From NCBI RefSeq assembly GCF_001194135.2, contig NC_068988.1:77688124-77752123 (forward strand): a stretch of DNA of 64,000 nt, given 5' to 3'. Below the pieces are notes generated by a model, which searched no databases, was not told the origin of the DNA, and saw nothing but the letters and a program-made list of their open reading frames with translations. The DNA comes from Octopus bimaculoides (taxonomy: Eukaryota). Below are positions 60,549 to 64,000 of this stretch, one piece after another. The translations under genes were made by a program, and so were the position numbers. Every line of letters starts with the position of its first letter. Position 1 is the first letter of the stretch.

Positions 60549-61399
60549 TGTAGANNNNNNNNNNNNNNNNNNNNNNNNNNNNNNNNNNNNNNNNNNNNNN
60601 NNNNNNNNNNNNNNNNNNNNNNNNNNNNNNNNNNNNNNNNNNNNNNNNNNNNNNNNNNNNNNNNNNNNNNNNNNNNNNNNNNNNNNNNNNNNNNNNNNNN
60701 NNNNNNNNNNNNNNNNNNNNNNNNNNNNNNNNNNNNNNNNNNNNNNNNNNNNNNNNNNNNNNNNNNNNNNNNNNNNNNNNNNNNNNNNNNNNNNNNNNNN
60801 NNNNNNNNNNNNNNNNNNNNNNNNNNNNNNNNNNNNNNNNNNNNNNNNNNNNNNNNNNNNNNNNNNNNNNNNNNNNNNNNNNNNNNNNNNNNNNNNNNNN
60901 NNNNNNNNNNNNNNNNNNNNNNNNNNNNNNNNNNNNNNNNNNNNNNNNNNNNNNNNNNNNNNNNNNNNNNNNNNNNNNNNNNNNNNNNNNNNNNNNNNNN
61001 NNNNNNNNNNNNNNNNNNNNNNNNNNNNNNNNNNNNNNNNNNNNNNNNNNNNNNNNNNNNNNNNNNNNNNNNNNNNNNNNNNNNNNNNNNNNNNNNNNNN
61101 NNNNNNNNNNNNNNNNNNNNNNNNNNNNNNNNNNNNNNNNNNNNNNNNNNNNNNNNNNNNNNNNNNNNNNNNNNNNNNNNNNNNNNNNNNNNNNNNNNNN
61201 NNNNNNNNNNNNNNNNNNNNNNNNNNNNNNNNNNNNNNNNNNNNNNNNNNNNNNNNNNNNNNNNNNNNNNNNNNNNNNNNNNNNNNNNNNNNNNNNNNNN
61301 NNNNNNNNNNNNNNNNNNNNNNNNNNNNNNNNCTATGGACAGACCATAGTTAAGTTCCAGGTTCGGTGATTATGCAAATAAAGAGTCCAACGTAGGTCA

Positions 61400-62400
61400 T
61401 ATATCAGCATGTGTATATATAAAAAAAAAAATTTTTTCCAAATGAGATAAAAAAAACCAAGGCTGTGAAAATTTTAGAACATTTATGAATAGAAGGTCTT
61501 ACAGCTGTTTCCGGGATATTTTTTATTTCCCTTCATCAGAGACGGTGTGAGAAAATGGTTAAGCAATAGTTAATTTAGATAAGATATGAAATAGAGAGTG
61601 AAGTGGAGGAATGAAAATAGATGTGAGATATGCAGAGATATTGCATTTATAGATCCATTATTTAGGTAGAATGGTATACATATAAAATTTCAATACCTTG
61701 TGAGTAAATTCTTATAGTATTTAAAATTGGTCATTCCAAGTATAGAGTTTGTACATGGTGTTATTGAATCGAGGGTTTTATTTAAAGTGACTTAAAAGTT
61801 GGGAATGTATTTGTAAGGTCAAATGGAAAACAGGAAGAAAGGAATAAAGAAAAAAAGAAAATGAAAAGAAAAAGAAAAGCAAGGAGAGAGATAATAAAGA
61901 GATGAAGAGAGGGGAAGTGTACCAGTTAGTGGTCAGTCAAGATGAATTGATAGACGGAATGGTGGGGGTGAGGGTGATAGAGAGAGAAAGATATGAGAGT
62001 ATAAAAAGATGATAGGGTAAAGAGTAAAGTGGTGTCAGATAAAGGAAGGGGGGTTACACAGAGAGAGAAGTATAATAGTGTAAAAAAAAAAAGGAGTGTC
62101 AGGTATGTAGTGATAGAGTCTAAGTGATGGGGCAGAAAGAGGTGGTAGGGGTAGTAATATGGTGGAATGAAGAATTTTGGAATATAGATTAGGTTGGTTG
62201 GACAAGTCAGTGCTTAGTAGTAGAAGAAAATATATATGTGAAGATGTATACAGATGTAAATATTAAACATGTATATATATATTTATACAGATATTTACAG
62301 CTGTAAGACCTATTTATAAATGTTCTAAAATCTTCACAGCCTTAGTTTTTTTTATCTCATTCTGAAAAAACACAAATATAAATACATTACACATATATAT
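61400..62400 (-). mobile_element. Penelope-like remnant bounded by ~75-bp inverted segments (61435-61508 / 62297-62370)
   Basis: Reverse-complement match of the two segments; hammerhead at the left end. Confidence 0.6.
61496..61543 (-). ncRNA. Minimal type I hammerhead ribozyme motif (family B), core intact
   Basis: GUCU-CUGAUGA-A.GGGA..UCCC.G-GAAA-CAGCUG-UA-AGAC; helix II closed by an A.G mismatch. Confidence 0.7.
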
Positions 62401-62404
62401 ACAT

Positions 62405-62439
<35 letters not shown>

Positions 62440-62449
<10 letters not shown>

Positions 62450-63090
62450 TAAGCATGCTCTGGAAGTGAGCAAGGCCCATTTTACTATGCAATGTAAGTG
62501 TGCATGAATATCATGGTATATATGTGCTGAGAGAAAACTGGACAGAAGGGTATTCAGAAGTAGTGTGCAAGAAAGAAGACTGCACTTGTATAGTCACATA
62601 AGGCACATGGATAAGGATAGCTATCTAAAGATATGTCTACTGACAAATGTAGAGGACAAAGACACATGGGATGATGTAGTGAAAGCAGACCTCATGAACT
62701 TGAATTTCATGAAGATACAAAAAATTGGGATGTTTAGTGATGGATGATCCTTGAGAAGACATGCTCAATGCAGCACAACTGACATCTGGATGTGCTGTGG
62801 ATGTACCTATTACATATGTTCACAAATGGACACCTCATCCATCTCTTTATACCCACATTTCTGCCCCTGCAGCCAATTACCCTCCTGATACCACATTTTC
62901 TTATTCATTAATAGTCTCCACACCCACTTCTTACATAGATCTCCTCTCTTATCACACTGCACCACTGAATTCTGTCTTCACATACTACACCTGACTTTCT
63001 CTCTCTCTCTTGCCCTTCACCTGTCACCTGTATCATCATTACTATGCTGTTACTTTCTTCTTACATCTCTCTACTCCTTCACTCCAGGTA
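62440..63090 (+). mobile_element. Degenerate RTE C-terminus plus pyrimidine-rich 3' UTR
   Basis: VQERRLHLYSHIRHMDKDS..DTWDDVVKADL. Confidence 0.6.
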
Positions 63091-63117
63091 TCACTGGTAA
63101 TCTTTAAAAAGCATTTC

Positions 63118-63252
63118 ATTTGGCCTCATACAACTTAAAGTTTTATAAGTTCATTAAAGAAACCTAGCTCATTGGGCTCATGTGGCCATCTGAACCCAAA
63201 GAGCTAGGTTCCTTTAATGAGCCCACAGAACTTTAAGTTGCATAGACCAAAT
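63118..63252. repeat. Imperfect inverted repeat, ~62-bp arms, 10-nt loop
   Basis: 63118-63180 versus 63191-63252. Confidence 0.8.
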
Positions 63253-63369
63253 CAAACCTTCTTGAAATAATAATATATGTAACTCCTACTAAATGTATTG
63301 AGTGCCTTTTTCTTTTGTTTGTTCGCTCATTTGTGTAACCATATATCTTTTATTTTTTTTACTTATTTC

Positions 63370-63712
63370 ATTCATTAGACTGGAACCATGCAGGGGCACC
63401 ACCTTGAAGAATTTTATTCAAATGAATCAACCCCAATCCTTATTTTTCAAAGTACTGGCACTAATTATATCAGATCCTTTTACCAAACTGCTAAGTTACA
63501 GGAACATAAACTCATTAATTGTCAAGCAGGTGGGGGACAAACAAAGAGACACACACATATATGATGGGCTTCTTTCAGTTTCCATCTACCAGATCCACTC
63601 TCAAAGCTTTGGTAGGCCCAAGGCTATAGCAGAAGACACTTGCCCGGTGTGTCTTACTGTGAGATTTAACCCAGAACCATGTGGTTGGGAAACAAACTTC
63701 TTACCACATACA
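63370..63712 (-). mobile_element. SINE family 1
   Basis: Both halves present in reverse orientation. Confidence 0.7.
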
Positions 63713-64000
63713 CACGCACACATATACACACCTTCATCATTATTTCATATTTCTTTTCCAGGTTTCAAAAGTGATGATGATTGTGTTGATGCTGGTGGTA
63801 GTGGTAGTGGTCAGATGATGATGGTGGTGGAATTAGTGGTTCCACATAGTTCTAGTGTTTCAATTTTGGCATGATGTCTACAGTTAGATGCTCTTCTTAA
63901 TACCAACCTCCTTGCAGAGAGTACTTAATTCATTTCCAAGGCAACAGTACTTGTGTGGTCACCATGCAACCTGGCAAGCAAAAGAGCCTCCTGGACTGCA

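Overview
Eukaryotic, AT-rich, microsatellite-dense genomic DNA from a draft assembly with several N gaps. The SINE/LINE families look like those of octopus (coleoid cephalopod); this is pattern recognition, not a database match. No complete protein-coding gene, rRNA, tRNA or CRISPR array is supported, and the long ORFs in the track are transposon remnants, microsatellite translations or N runs. The window is mostly decayed mobile DNA: RTE-type LINEs (with a C4HC3 PHD finger inserted inside the RT), R4/Dong-like and HERO-like RLE retrotransposon remnants, Penelope-like element (PLE) remnants, mariner and maT (DD37D) transposons, a Chapaev3-like remnant and three tRNA-derived SINE families. The most striking signal is a set of at least 10 type I hammerhead-ribozyme (HHR) motifs in 4-5 sequence families, some with intact cores. 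One family forms a non-coding ~465-nt tandem unit with retrozyme-like architecture at 601-2493. There are also several long fold-back structures. A few strong splice-site-bounded + strand exons (22606-22664, 45445-, 45724-45745) join in frame into a Cys-rich, possibly alternatively spliced C-terminal tail of an unidentified host gene. All repeat boundaries are approximate unless a TIR or TSD is given.
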